This document shows, in pieces, positions 23,467-37,749 of a stretch of 64,000 bases of DNA (position 1 is its first letter; each line of letters begins with the position of its first letter). The notes under the pieces were generated by a model. It made no database searches, had not been told where the DNA came from, and was given only the letters and a program-made list of their open reading frames with translations. A program made the translations under genes and the position numbers. The DNA lies in contig NC_068992.1 in assembly GCF_001194135.2 (NCBI RefSeq), positions 10,253,162 to 10,317,161 of the forward strand. The letters are read 5' to 3'. The DNA comes from Octopus bimaculoides (Eukaryota).

Positions 23467-25738
23467 TCATTAGTTATTGTTAGTGGTGATGAACAGTCAG
23501 TAGGAATTTAAGTTTTGTCTAGCCTGGTGGCTAGTTGTCAGTTACAAATTAAGTGCAAATTTTGGCCAGATATGACTGGTTTAAATGCTAAAGGGTTAAA
23601 GTTTGCTTAGTGGAATGCCCAACCATTGGTGCTACGACCTTTCACCACACAGACCTTAACTTTACATTTGAAAATGATTTCCTATGCAAAATTTCAGATA
23701 CCTAGATGCAAAAAAACAGCCTAATTCTTGGAATATGGATATATATACATGGTGGCTGTCTTTCACGATCAAGCAAGACCATCACTGACCACATTGTGCA
23801 CTTAAATAAAATTATACTTTACACTTGTGGCTCTGCTGGTGACTAACGAGCCAAGCTCTTAATAAACATACATGTCTGTGACCAAGCTTTTCCCATCACT
23901 CCGTTAGTGGTGTGCTTTTGAGCAGCTCACTTCAATTCACACACAAATGCACGCATGCATGCACATGCACACACACACACATGCATACATGTATCTGTAT
24001 GCATATAGGTGTATGTGTATAGACAACTTTGCGATATTTTTGAGATAAATTCCTTGCAACTATGTTTACGGTCTGCAGTTTGTCTGCAAATATTGACTAA
24101 GTAGAAATTGTTCTATTGTTGTTAATTCTGACGATGGTTCAAACTGAGCCTCACAGAAATTCTCAAACAAAGAAACAAATATATAATGTCAAAAAAACAG
24201 AATATTTTATATTTAATTAAAAAAAAAGTTTCTTTGAAAATATTTCTCCCCCACCTCAAAATACCATAGTAATTTGCATAATTATTACTTACGAAATATT
24301 TTCCTAATCAATATGTTTTTGCAGTGTCTGTTGCAGTTCTTTGTATATTTATATTCTTAGTATTTTCGTTCTTTACATAAGAATATAGAAAGTATCAGGA
24401 AAGAAGCTAAGATACTAAAAGAGTTTTCCTTGTTCCTCTGGGAACAGAAAGAAAGAATGTTTTCTCCCTTTTAATTTATACAATTATGATCAATATTTTT
24501 GTTGAAAACTCCTGTTTGATCACCAAAGAATGTTAGGCTCACTTTCAACCATAAACTAAGCTTCTTTTAGTTTCCATCTACTCAGTCCAACCACAAGATT
24601 TTGGTTGTCTTGGGACTATCGTGGAAGATATGTGCCCAAGATGCTGAGCTGTTGGATTGAACCCCAAACTACCTATCTCTTCTATCTTTTACTTGTATCA
24701 CTCATTAAACTGTGGTCATGCTGGGGCATCACCTTGAAGAATTTTAGTTGAACAAATCAATCTCAGAACTTTTTTTTAAAACCTGGTACTTATTGAAATT
24801 AAAAATATGAAATGGTGACAATTTACCCATCGCACCCTGTATATACAATGAGCTTCTTTCAGATCCTGTCTACCAAATCCACTCACAGGGCTTTGGTTGG
24901 CCCAAGGCTATAGTAGAAGACACTTGCCCAAAGTGTTACACAGTGGGACTGAACCCAGAACCATGTTTCTGGAAAGCAAACTTCTTATCACATAACCACA
25001 TCTATGCCTAAGTCAGTAAAATTTTATAGATTCGTTACAAGTAGAGAACATCATCAACTGAATAATTAACAAAATATTACAGGTTCTAGTGACTCGCTAG
25101 AAGAGTTGTTAATCACAAACGAGTCAACTGAGTCTCTATTCAGAGTCAATCCAGATTCTTCTTTCATTCGACTCACAGTTAATTTGCTTTTATGGGGATC
25201 CAGTTCTCCCAAGCACACATGCAACATGTAGAACAAACATGAAGATCTTCTGTTCAAAGCCTATGAAATGATTTTATTCTTCTGACTCCATGGAATCTCT
25301 GTTAAGGTGAAACATTCCTGCTGCTTACCATAAATAGAATACACTTTTCCAAAAGCATAAACAAAGCTGATCATGCGTGCAACCTTCCAACAGAAACACC
25401 TATTTTCCTTCTTGACCATTTTGTTTTGTTCCAGGTTTAATATGAAGTAACTTGATAATAAAGCAATCTTCGAAGAAATCTGTTGTCTTGGTAAATTTAA
25501 AAGAATGCTGTACTTCGCATTGCTAGAGTTTATTGAAAGTAACAGAAAAAGCCACGTCGTCTCTCTCTGTGCCTTTTTGCTGTCTGCGTTCAAGTAGATT
25601 AGTATACACAGCTTCATGTGTGTGTTTATATGTATCCTTGTGTATGTATCCATTCTCGTGTGTGTGTGTGTGTGTTTGTGAATCTATGCATATGTATGTT
25701 TGTATGTATATGTATATTAGCATGAATGTATGTATGAT

Positions 25739-25825
<87 letters not shown>

Positions 25826-26221
25826 CATTCAGCTGGTTGCTATATTCATATGAACAGAAGTCTTCCTTGTCAGTCAGCAACTTTTGGAAATTTCCTTTGA
25901 TCTATATTTGCTCTTTCTCTTCTTCTAATTCTCTTTCTGTCATCTCTGTCTCTTTCCATTTCTCTCTCTCTCTGTTTTGTCCATCTGTAATTGTCTGTCT
26001 GCCTGTCTCTCCCACTTTGACTCCAGCAATAATTCAGCCAACCTGGAATCCTCTGCAAACCCACCTCACACGTAGACAATCACAATTTACAGAACTGTCT
26101 GATGAAGTCACAGAGACAGAAGAGGAGCAAACTAAATATCACCAAGCAGTATTTAGTTTCATACCATTACATTCAGAGTTCAAATCCATTTAAGACCTTG
26201 TAAAAAAAAACAAAAAACTGT

Positions 26222-26520
26222 TTCATCATCATCATCATCGTCGTTTAACATCCGCTTTCCATGCTAGCATGGGTTGGACAATTTGACTGAAGACTGGCAA
26301 GCCAGAAGGCTGCACCAGGCTCCAATCTGATCTGCCAGAGTTTCTACAACTGGATGCCCTTCCTAATGCCAACCACTCCAAGAGTGTAGTGGGTGCTTTT
26401 ATGTGCCACCAGCATGAGGACCAGTCACACGGTACTGGCAACGGCCATACTCAAAAGGTGTTTTTTAAGTGCCACTTGCACGGGAGCCAGTCCAGCAGCA
26501 CTGGCAACAACCTCGCTTGA
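26222..26520 (-). mobile_element. RTE-LINE 3' tail repeat
   Basis: Reverse complement of 698-972 and 60214-60566. Confidence 0.8.
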
Positions 26521-27015
26521 ATGATTTTCGATTACACTCAAATGGTGCTATTTACAGGCTACTAGCATGGAAACCAGACAGCTGCTCTGGCAATGAACAC
26601 ACTCGGACAGTACTGATAGTGCTCCACTGGCACAGGTGCCATTCAACGAGTATTGTTCAAATCATTGATGTCATGCATCTGCAAAATTTAATGGAAATAT
26701 TTCAGTGGAATATGTTGTATGTCATGAGGAGGAGGCAGTCTGACGTTTTGGGCAGTTATCCTTCATCAAAAAGGGAGAGAAAGAGTAAAAAAAAGTAATG
26801 AAGGTGATAAGGATCAACTTTGGCTTTTGTCCACTGTGCATGTGGATACCTGCACAGATGCTTTGAAAGAAGTGCATCAAAGAAATTAATGTTTGCACGA
26901 AATTTAGATTCCTAAAATAATGTAATAATTAACCATTATATTTATTGTATATTCAGTGCTCACATACTTTTATCAACTTCTTCTTCTTCTTGTGTGGCAC
27001 CTTGGGCAAGCATCA

Positions 27016-27049
<34 letters not shown>

Positions 27050-27114
27050 CATGTATATATATGTGTATATGTATATATATGTATCTGTATATATATACAA
27101 ACATATATATATAC

Positions 27115-27145
<31 letters not shown>

Positions 27146-29039
27146 AAATATATGAATGTGTGTGTCTTTATGACTGTCTTTCACTACTGCTTGACAGCAG
27201 GTGTAGGTTTGTTTATATCCCTATATCTTCAGAATTCAGCAAAAGCCACCGATAGAATAAATACAGGACTTGAAAGTAAATACCGAGGGACCAATGTATT
27301 TCATTAAACCCTTCAAGATAGTGCACCAGCATGGCCACACTCTGGTGACTGATACAAGCAAAACAAACTAACACTTCCCCTTGTAAAGATTGCATCTGTG
27401 TTTAAGCAAAAAAAATCTTTATTGTTTAATCAAAGTAAAAGCAAGTGCAATGCTCTGACATTGTAACCTTTTCATATTACTTGTTGTTCTTCTTAATATT
27501 AATGTCAGTGTTGTTTTTGGTTGTTTTTTTTTAGTACACATTTCAACTTGTGTTTTTGTTGTTGATACTTTTGTATTGTTTATATATGTGTATGTATGTA
27601 TGTATGTATGTATGTATGTATGTATGTATGTATGTATGTATGTTTGTATAAAAACTTTTGCTTCAGTTAATGTTGATGTGTTTTTCTGTTTGTTGTGGTT
27701 GTTGTGGTCACTTGTTGATTTATGTGGTTAATGTTCATAGTGAATCTGTGTTTGTTGTTGTTAGCTCTGACTTACGGTGATTGATGTCCTTTTCTATTCA
27801 TTGTGAGTGAGAATTGGTGTTGCTACCATTACCCGTTTTTGTTATTGTTTTTGTTGTCGTTAATTGATTCGTTTTGTTATTATTTTCATCGTTGTTTAAC
27901 CCTAGGTCAGCCTTGATTCAACTGACAAATGGTCAAAAACATTCCAACCTTTATTTTTGTATTCTTGCACACACCTACCTGAGTGACATTCAGGTATTAT
28001 TTCTAGCAGGCCAGGCAACCACATAGGAGTTTCTTTATGTTGTTGTTAGTATTTTATTGTACATGTTAGTATTAGTGTCAGCATGATTTTTTTTCCCCTC
28101 TCTCACTCTCTGGGAGAGAGGCACAAGCACATACACAAACACAGACACACACGGCAGTAACTTCCGCCTACCAAATTCAATCACAAAGCTTTGGTTGGCC
28201 CTGGGCTATAGCAGAAGACACTTGCCCAAGGTGCCATGCGGTGGGACTGAACCCGAAACCATATAGCTGGGAAGCAAACTTCCTAACCTTGGCAACAAGT
28301 GGGGGTTGGCGGCAGGAAGGGCATCCGGCTGTAGAAATTTGCCACACGAATAGTGCTACGCATACGTATATATGATTATTGTTGTTATTTAACCCTAGGT
28401 AAACCCTGATTGAGCAGAACTATGATAAAAGTATTCCTGTCATGACCATCATGTTTGTTTTTCTTTTTATGTGTAATCTACTCTGTGTCCTACCTTTTTT
28501 TATTTTTTAAATAAAAGATGGTGGTAGGGTGGAGTTGGTTTGAGGGAGACCCAGCTGTTATTTCTATCAGGTATGACCTGCTATAAATTACAGTCAGACT
28601 TACTACTGATAGCTTGCTACACTAGCAAAGCAAAAATGCCACTCACAACCACCACTCATCACTACCACCACCACCACCACCACCACAATCACCACCACCA
28701 CCNNNNNNNNNNNNNNNNNNNNNNNNNNNNNNNNNNNNNNNNNNNNNNNNNNNNNNNNNNNNNNNNNNNNNNNNNNNNNNNNNNNNNNNNNNNNNNNNNN
28801 NNNNNNNNNNNNNNNNNNNNNNNNNNNNNNNNNNNNNNNNNNNNNNNNNNNNNNNNNNNNNNNNNNNNNNNNNNNNNNNNNNNNNNNNNNNNNNNNNNNN
28901 NNNNNNNNNNNNNNNNNNNNNNNNNNNNNNNNNNNNNNNNNNNNNNNNNNNNNNNNNNNNNNNNNNNNNNNNNNNNNNNNNNNNNNNNNNNNNNNNNNNN
29001 NNNNNNNNNNNNNNNNNNNNNNNNNNNNNNNNNNNNNNN

Positions 29040-29070
<31 letters not shown>

Positions 29071-29428
29071 AACATATATATATACATATATGTATGTATA
29101 TATTTGTGTCTGTGTCTGTGTCTGTGTATGCACACAGTATACACAGGCAAGCGCACACATATATGAAATCAATATATCAAAATATGAAACACAATATTTT
29201 GATTGAATAGAGGAAAAACAAAAGAGAAAGAAAGAAAGAAAGACAAAAAAGGAAAAAAAAAGAAAAAAAAGCAAGGATTATGAGAACCATTAAATTCACT
29301 TCAAGCGAGACTTTGATGTTGTTTGCCTTTCAACACCAATGAATCATTAAAATTAAATTATACTATTGTTAAACCTTGCCTTGATTAAATCAATTATTTT
29401 CTTCCCCACCATTAATTGTCCGTCATAA

Positions 29429-29462
<34 letters not shown>

Positions 29463-29899
29463 ATTTACCCACAGGTCAGAGTCCTGGTTCTGCAGACCTT
29501 TGATGAAAATCGTATCAGACACCACCGTACCATCTTTTTTTTTTAATATATCAAGGAGTTTTCTGTTTCATGGAGGGAAGGGCCTCCATTTGGTCAGTCT
29601 TGACCTCACTTCTGTACATGTATCATTTTTTCTTGCCTTTTACCTTCCGTTTGTTTCAGTCATTGGACTGCTGTCATGCTGGAGCACCAGCTAGAAGGGT
29701 CTAGTTGAGCAAATCAACCCCTGTACTTCTTTTTAAAACCTGGTCCTTATCCTATTGGATTCTTTCTACCAAACTGCAAAGTTACAGGTTCACTAACAAG
29801 CCAATATCAGTTGTCACGTTATATTTAAAGTAATTGAAAGAAGCACAGAGCATCTCAAAATAAATACAGTAACGAAAGGGTTAATCCTTTAACATTTGC

Positions 29900-30041
29900 T
29901 CTCTGAGTGGTTGGCGTTAGGAAGGGCATCCAGCTGTAGAAACTCTGCCAAATTAGATTGGAGCCTGGTGTAGCCATCCGGTTGCACCAGTCCTCAGTCA
30001 AATCGTCCAACCCATGCTAGCATGGAAAGCGGACGTTAAAC

Positions 30042-30076
<35 letters not shown>
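29900..30076 (+). mobile_element. 5'-truncated RTE tail inserted into a TTAA MITE
   Basis: ctctgagtggttggcgttagg...gttaaac(GAT)n splits the MITE start ttaatcctttaacatt from its continuation tagattattttgtcaaatg. Confidence 0.8.
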
Positions 30077-30079
<3 letters not shown>

Positions 30080-31841
30080 AGATTATTTTGTCAAATGTCA
30101 TGCTCTTTTATTCATACTGATTTGAGTTAATCTTGTAGTCTTGAGATTTCAGTGATGTGACTGTTTATTTTTAGAATGGCACTGTAGAGTAGGTGTGAAA
30201 GGTCAGATCTGCTCAGTTTGAACGTATAACAATGTAGTATATTTTGGGCTGGATATGGTTGGTTTAAATACTGCTGAGCTAAAGTGTTGGGTTCAGAATT
30301 TCTTGGGGGGATTGAAGAAGGATGTTGCTCAAACAAAGGGCTTTGATCTTGATCCTTTGATTTAGATATGCTAATGAGGGCTAAAGTCATCAGAAGTGAC
30401 CCCAATGACACCATGGATTTCAGGGACATTTGCTCTGTTTCCTACCAATCACATGATTTGCAGTGAAGGTGCTTATTTGATGACTGATGCTGCAAATTGG
30501 TGAATTGCAGCGAAACCAGATTTATCTCTGTGTACAAAAGACCAGCTCCACAATGAGGATGTTGAAAGATTACAAATACATGGCTGTCACATTAATATGT
30601 TAGTAATGTTTCTACCGACCCTCTTCCACACACACACACACACACACACATGTAAGCAAACACACACACGTACACACTCTGACATAGGTCACTTGTGTTT
30701 GCTGGACAGTTTCTTTGGACATTATTCTGTTTTCTAACCACTTTCGCTTGTCAGTCCCAGCTTGCCAAGATCAATATTTGCAGTAATACAACATCCACTT
30801 ATATTTGGACTATATCACCAGCCTAGAGACTAAATAAAATAGGTTTATTTGTTGTGTTTTTTTTTTATCTTATTTTTAATTTTGTCTTCTGTCAGTTAGT
30901 GGAAAATTATATAAAAACATATCTTGGTTTAAAGTCAAGTCTTACTTCTTGCTTCTGGTTTCAGCACTTTTTCTTCCGAATAGAAGTAGAAATAAATTGT
31001 CTGGCATGTGTCTATAGAAGGCTTTTTGTGAGTTCATATTCTGGAGTGGGTGGGATATGTTAAATCTTGAAGAAATTCCTTTTATTTATGTGTTGATCCA
31101 AATTAAACCTTACTAGGCTTATCATTGTTTCATATTCTATCACAGCTAGTATATTTTATTTTTTGAGCAAGTTGTTCTAGTCTTCTTAACCATCTCGCTT
31201 CCTCTAACTGCCAGTGAACTGGAAATATTCTGTCTTTGTTTCACTCAATTTTGAAAAAAATGAAGAATTTAATAGAACAACTTTGTCATTATTGAGTTAG
31301 TGTTTGGAACATAACATAAAGATTTGATTGAAAGTCTTAATTTAGATCACTTTAAACTTGAAAGTGTGTATCAAAGAACCAAGAACAGTTTTAGGTAGGT
31401 TGATATGAAAAGAGTTTAGATGTAAAATACCAATGTCTCTTAAACTGATAGCATTTAGATTCCTTAGTCAAATATATTGCTTATCTATTCACATTATTTT
31501 GAATTAATCATGCATTGCTGTGTGGCTTCAAGATTTTGATGATGTAACTGTTTATTTTAGAATGACATTGTAGGATGTGTGAGAAACAGGATCTGGACAG
31601 TTTGAGCATAAAACAAATACCAGTAATATGCTGGGTTTTCAGGTGTGAGATTTCTTCTCATTTTCTGTCCTTATGACACTTTCAGATGTAATCATTGTGT
31701 ATTCTGCTGAGGTCAACTTTACCATTCATCCTTTCGAGATACACAAAGTGAGTACCAACCAAGTATTGAACTTGATGTAATCAGCTTCACCCCCTCCCTT
31801 CAAATTTGCTGGCCTTGTGCCAAAATTTTGGAAAAATTATA

Positions 31842-32216
31842 GGAGTGGCTGTGTGGTAAGTAGCTTGCTTACCAACCACATGGTTCCAGGTTCAGTCCCA
31901 CTGCATGGCACCTTGGGCAAGTATCTTCTACTATAGCCTCAGGCCGACCAAAGCCTTGTGAGTGGATTTGGTAGATGGAAACTGAAAGAAGCCCGTTGTA
32001 TATATGTATATGTATATATATGTGTTTGTTCCCCCAACATCGCTTGACAACCGATGCTGGTGTGTTTACGTCCCAGTAACTTAGCGTTTCGGCAAAAGAG
32101 ACCGATGGAATAAGTACTAGGCTTACAAAGAATAAGTCCTGGGGTCGATATGCTCAACTAAAGGCGGTGCTCCAGTATGGCCACAGTCAAATGACTGAAA
32201 CAAGTAAAAGAGAGAG
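31842..32216 (+). mobile_element. Full-length tRNA-derived SINE
   Basis: Head ggagtggctgtgtggtaagtagcttgcttaccaaccacatggttccaggttcagtccc; the body matches 13727-14096. Confidence 0.88.
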
Positions 32217-33569
32217 TATGGCCCATATGCCTCTCAGAGTTTCTAAAATTACAAACCCAGCATCCCAGATTTCTTCTTTAACCTTTTCCTTACCGTTATT
32301 TCTATTGAAACACATTGCCTTATTTTAATTAATTTTGAAAATAATGAAGAATTTAGTAAAATAACTGTCATTATCAAGCTAGAGTTTTGGAACATAAATT
32401 AATATAAAATTTTAATGGCAGGTTTTAATTTTGATCACTCTAAAACAGGAAGCTTATATCATAGAACTAGGAGCAATTTCAGGCAGATTGGTATCAAAAC
32501 AGTTAAATATAAGCAAGTGGTATCTAAAGACAAGTTCCTCATCTTCCATATGCTCTCAACTACATCCTCTCTTTTCCTCTCTGATTCCAATATGGAGAGT
32601 CTTTTAGTTATCATTTTTAATTATATTTTATTTTTATCTCATTATTCCAGACTTTAATAATTATTGTCTTGCTGCTGTTTCACTGCTTAATTGTTTATTT
32701 ATTTATTTTTTTACTTACTTATTTATTCTTACTAATTCTAGCATATATTCTGTCAGTATCACCAATAAAAGCACCCCCCTTTCCCCCACTATTTCCACCG
32801 TCTCTGCCAATATTTCACCACCACCTTACAAGACTTTCTCTGCCAAACACCCACCACTCTTGATCCCACCGCCAACATCGTTATCATTACTGAAATTGCT
32901 CATCATTATCATCATCATCATCACCACCGTTGTCATCATCACCATCATCATCGTCGTTATCTTCATCGTCATCATCTTTATTGCTATCGTTGTCATCATC
33001 ATTCTCATTATCATTGTCATCATTATCTGCTTTTACAAATATCATATGCGTTATCAGCACTGACCAGGACTGACCTGGATTAAACACTACCACCACTGCC
33101 ATCGCCGCCACCACTGTTACACCATTCCTAATTTTCATTATCAACCCCATCAAAGTTGTTATATATATCCTAGTGTTATAATGATCAGTGTTGACTTTCT
33201 CATCGTCATCAGCAGCAGCAGCAACAACATCACCACTATCATTATTATTATTATTATGATGATGATTGTTGATGATTGATGATGGTGTGTGACAATCACA
33301 TGGTTCTCGGTTCAATCCCATTGCACAGCACCTTGGATGCATTTCATTCTAACCTCAAGTTGACCAACACTCTGTGAAAGGAATTTGGCTGACAGAAACA
33401 GAGCTGGGATCAAGTTAGTCAACTAAACTTGCCAAGGTGGTACCCCAGCATGGCCACACTTCAATGACTAAAACAAGTAAAAGGGAATATTAGGTCAGAA
33501 GTCTGCCAAGAATTTAAGTAGGCTCATTAAGTTGGCGCTTGTCTCAGTTTCCGTGGTATATATGTCACC

Positions 33570-34290
33570 ATCATCATGATCATTTAGCATCTGTTTTCCA
33601 TGTTAGGTTGGATTAGACGGTTTGACTGGAACCGGTAAGCCAGAGGACTGCACCAGGCTCCAGATGATTTGGCATAGTTTCTACAACTGGATGCCCTTCC
33701 TAGCATACAGAAAGTAGTGGGTGCCTTTTATATGTCACCAGCACATGAGCCTTTTACATATCACTGACACAGGTAGCTTTTATGTGTGACTGGCATTGGC
33801 CATGGCTACCACTGACCCAGGTACCCGGCCATAACTACGATTTCCCTTGGCTAGACGGGTCTTCTCAAGCACAGCAAATCACTAAAAAGTCTTGATTACT
33901 TGTCATCACCTCTGTGAAACTCAACATCTGAAAATCATGTTTCATCACCTCATCTCATGTCTTCCTGGGTCTACCTCTTCCACAGGTTCCCTCCACAGTT
34001 AGGGATCAGCATTTCTTTATGCAGCTGTCTGCATCCATATGCACCACATGACCGTACCAATGCAGTTTTCTCTCTTGCACATCACATCTGATGCCTCTTA
34101 TGCCTAATTTTTCTCTCAAGATGTTTACTGTTTGTCATCCATGCACACTGACATTGCACATCCAGTGAAGCATATTTGCTTCATTTCTTTCAGGCTTTCG
34201 CATGTCCTCTGCAGTTAAGGTCCATGTTTCACTGCCATGTAACGTGGCTGTTTGCACACAGGCATCATACAAGTTGCCTTTCACTCTTTC
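33570..34290 (-). mobile_element. RTE-clade non-LTR retrotransposon 3' fragment (RT C-terminus plus tail)
   Basis: Minus-strand translation KLVDA-like start then CVQTATLHGSETWTLTAEDMRKPERNEANMLHWMCNVS...LREKLGIRGIRCDVQERKLHWYGHVVHMDADSCIKKC*SLTVEGTCGRGRPRKT*DEV. These are typical RTE motifs (LHGSETW, LRWYGHV.RM, GRGRPRKTW). The common tail follows. Confidence 0.85.
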
Positions 34291-34548
34291 TCTGTATATG
34301 CATATATGATGTGTGTGTATATATGCAAATGAGATTACAACTCTCTCCCTTCAAAGGGGACATCAATCCATCATAGAATTTATCCTCTGATGTTGCTGGC
34401 TATTCATTTTCAGCTGAATGAAATTGAGCAATACGGAATGAAGTGCCTTGCTCAAGAACACAGTGCACTGCCTAGGCTGGGAATTGAAACCCATGACCTT
34501 GTTGTACTGAGTGGAGGACTGTACCCACTTGACTACATACCTTCATAA

Positions 34549-34589
<41 letters not shown>

Positions 34590-35443
34590 TACACAAACAT
34601 GTGTGTGTCTGTATGAGTGTGTAGTTACAAGTGTAATCCAGTGTGTGTGTGTGTTACAGTTCCATTCTGTTGAAAAATGTGACCTAGAAATTCAATAAAT
34701 AGAGATTGGTAGAATGAAATTTCTCGAGAGGGGAGGAGAATTATATGATTGCCTAAAACCCTTAAAAGGGGCGCTCCATCATTGCTGCAATCCATTTACT
34801 ACAACCAGCAAGAGAATGAACGTATAGACCACTTTGATAATATTACCGTCATTAGCATTGTAATCACCATCATCATAACTGTTATCATTTCGACAATCAC
34901 TGCCTCCTTTATTAATTCCACTACCTTCACGACGAACATCATCATCATCATCATCATCACTACCACGGTAACCACAATAATCACCACTGTGATTAGCATT
35001 ACCATAATCATCATCATCATCATCGTCGTCATCGTTATCCACCTTTATTTCAAAACTTTCAATCAATATATTTCTTTTGATGTTCAATGTAGATATAAAC
35101 ATAAGATGTTTTGTTTGGTCAGGGAAACCATAAAATAAAATACTGTATATATATATATATATATATATGTATAAAAGTTATATGTGTGTGTATGTATGTA
35201 TATACATACATACATATATACACATCTATATCTTGATATATATATACATACATATATATATATATATATATACATGCACACACATGTATATATGTACACA
35301 AACACACATATGTGTGTGTGTATGTATATATATATATATATATATGCATATATATACACATGCACCTATATATAGATGTATGTATATGTATGTATATATA
35401 TATGTATAATATATATGTACATATATATACATATATATACATG

Positions 35444-35514
<71 letters not shown>

Positions 35515-35824
35515 NNNNNNNNNNNNNNNNNNNNNNNNNNNNNNNNNNNNNNNNNNNNNNNNNNNNNNNNNNNNNNNNNNNNNNNNNNNNNNNNNNNNNN
35601 NNNNNNNNNNNNNNNNNNNNNNNNNNNNNNNNNNNNNNNNNNNNNNNNNNNNNNNNNNNNNNNNNNNNNNNNNNNNNNNNNNNNNNNNNNNNNNNNNNNN
35701 NNNNNNNNNNNNNNNNNNNNNNNNNNNNNNNNNNNNNNNNNNNNNNNNNNNNNNNNNNNNNNNNNNNNNNNNNNNNNNNNNNNNNNNNNNNNNNNNNNNN
35801 NNNNNNNNNNNNNNNNNNNNNNNN

Positions 35825-35882
<58 letters not shown>

Positions 35883-36243
35883 TATCATCATTTTGATGTC
35901 TACTCTTCTGTGCTTTCATGGATCAGATGAAAATTCATTGAGGCAAATTTTCTACAGCTGGATGCTCTTCCCGTTGCCAACCCTGACCTCTTTCCAAGCC
36001 AGGGAAATATTTTCTCATGGCCAAATTTGTTTTTGCAAAATACTAGAAATGAATGCCTTGTGTAATGAATTAGGTAGTTCAGGAAGGTTTCATACACAGT
36101 GTTTGGCATAGCAGTATTATTGCCCATTGCCTCAAGAGCAAAGGGCATATCTCAAGAAAAAAAGAAGCTAAATGTCAGTAACAAATTGACAGACAAGATT
36201 TTAAAGGTAACAGAAGAGTTGCTTGGGGTTGTACTTATTGAAG

Positions 36244-36629
36244 TGGAGGCGCAATGGCCCAGTGGTAAGGGCAGCGGACTCGCAATCATAGGATCGCGGT
36301 TTCGATTCCCAGAACGGGTGTTGTGAGTGTTTATTGAGCGAAAACACCTAAAAGCTCAACGAGGATCTGGCAGGGGATGGTGGCGAACCCTGATGTACTC
36401 TTTCACCACAACTTTCTCTCACTCTTACTTCCTGTTTCTGTTGTGCCTGTAATTGAAAGGGTCAGCCTTGTCACACTGTGTCACGCTGAATATCCCCGAG
36501 AACTACATTAAGGGTACACGTGTCTGTGGAGTGCTCAGCCACTTGCACGTTAATTTCAAGAGCAGGCTGTTCTGTTGATCGGATCAACCGGAACCCTCGA
36601 TGTCGTAAGCGACGGAGTGCCAACAACAA
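36244..36629 (+). mobile_element. tRNA-derived SINE with target-site duplication
   Basis: Head tggaggcgcaatggcccagtggtaagggcagcggactcg...tttcgattcccag and a (CAA)n tail. Flanked by GTACTTATTG at 36231-36240 and 36630-36639 (13 bp with one mismatch). Confidence 0.9.
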
Positions 36630-36844
36630 GTACTTATTGGAGCATATACTCAAGGTAGATAACTACATCAGATGTTAGTAGTTAAGAGCATAACACTGTA
36701 TCTATTATTTGTCTGTCTAGGGAATGTCTTTGACATTGTACGATGCTTTGCTGTCTGATGTTTACTTAAAAAGCTGGGTGTGGAGGAATGGCTTATGAAA
36801 GGTTTGCAAGCTATGTACAGAGATGCTGTCATCAATTCTCAATT

Positions 36845-37082
36845 AACCCTTATTTTTATCATATTTTTTTTTAAATACACTTCCTTTCTTTCCACTAATT
36901 ATTAAAATAACGAAGAAAAATAATTTAGAAATTTAATCTTATCATCATTAAGTTGATATTTGGAACATAAACTTACAGGAAATTTTGATGGAAAGTTGAA
37001 TTTAGATTACTTTGAGAAGAGAAGGTTGTATTATAAAACCAGGAGGGATGGTCTCAGTTGGGTTGGTATCAAAAGAGTTACA
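36845..37082. mobile_element. Second TTAA-type MITE family
   Basis: Starts ttaaccctta and ends ggttggtatcaaaagagtta. Related copies at 22200-22460, 31200-31420 and 32285-32510. Confidence 0.55.
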
Positions 37083-37749
37083 TCTTTCATGATATGTATT
37101 TTTGTGTACCCATCATACCAGGTCTCAGGATGATATAATCAAATTGTTGTTTGTCTTACTTAAGTAGAATATAATACTGAATATTGAAATTAAACTATTT
37201 TTCGCTAAATGTTCTTCAATTAAATTACATTAATTTTTGTGGCTTCATTAATATTTGTCAATAATTGCATTATTACTCTAAGTAAAAATTTTCTTGTTTA
37301 AATATATTATTTAAAAGAGCAAAATATTCTCTCTACTGTCATCATCATCATCACCACCACCGTCATCATCATCATCGTCATCATCATCATCATCATCGTC
37401 AGCATTGTAATCATCACCATCATCATCACCATCAGCAGCAGCATTGGTTTACATCTGCCCTCCTTGCTAGCATGAGAGTGTGTTGTTTTTGTTGTTGGTG
37501 TTGGTGTTGGTTGGTGACAGTTGGGATATGGTGTATGGGTTTTTGGGGTTGGGGTATGAGTCCTTTTGGTTTTCTTTTCTTCCTTTGGAGTTGTTGTTGG
37601 TGGTAGTGATGATGGTGTTATTTCTGTTCTTGGTGGCGCTGGTGGTAGTATTGTTGTGGTGGCGCTGGTGGTGGTATTGTTGTTGTGGCGCTGGTGGTGG
37701 TATTGGTGGTTGGGCTGGCTTGTTGGTTGCTGATGTTCCTTCATTTGTT

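Noticed and set aside
25890-26080. Coiled-coil-like minus-strand peptide (AELLLESKWERQADRQLQMDKTEREKWKE)
   Set aside because: It arises from CT/GA-rich simple sequence and has no credible splice sites.
36244-36320. tRNA genes (tRNA-like heads at 3520-3595, 9725-9795, 31842-31900, 36244-36320)
   Set aside because: They lack a proper acceptor stem and continue into SINE bodies with tails and TSDs, so they are SINE heads.
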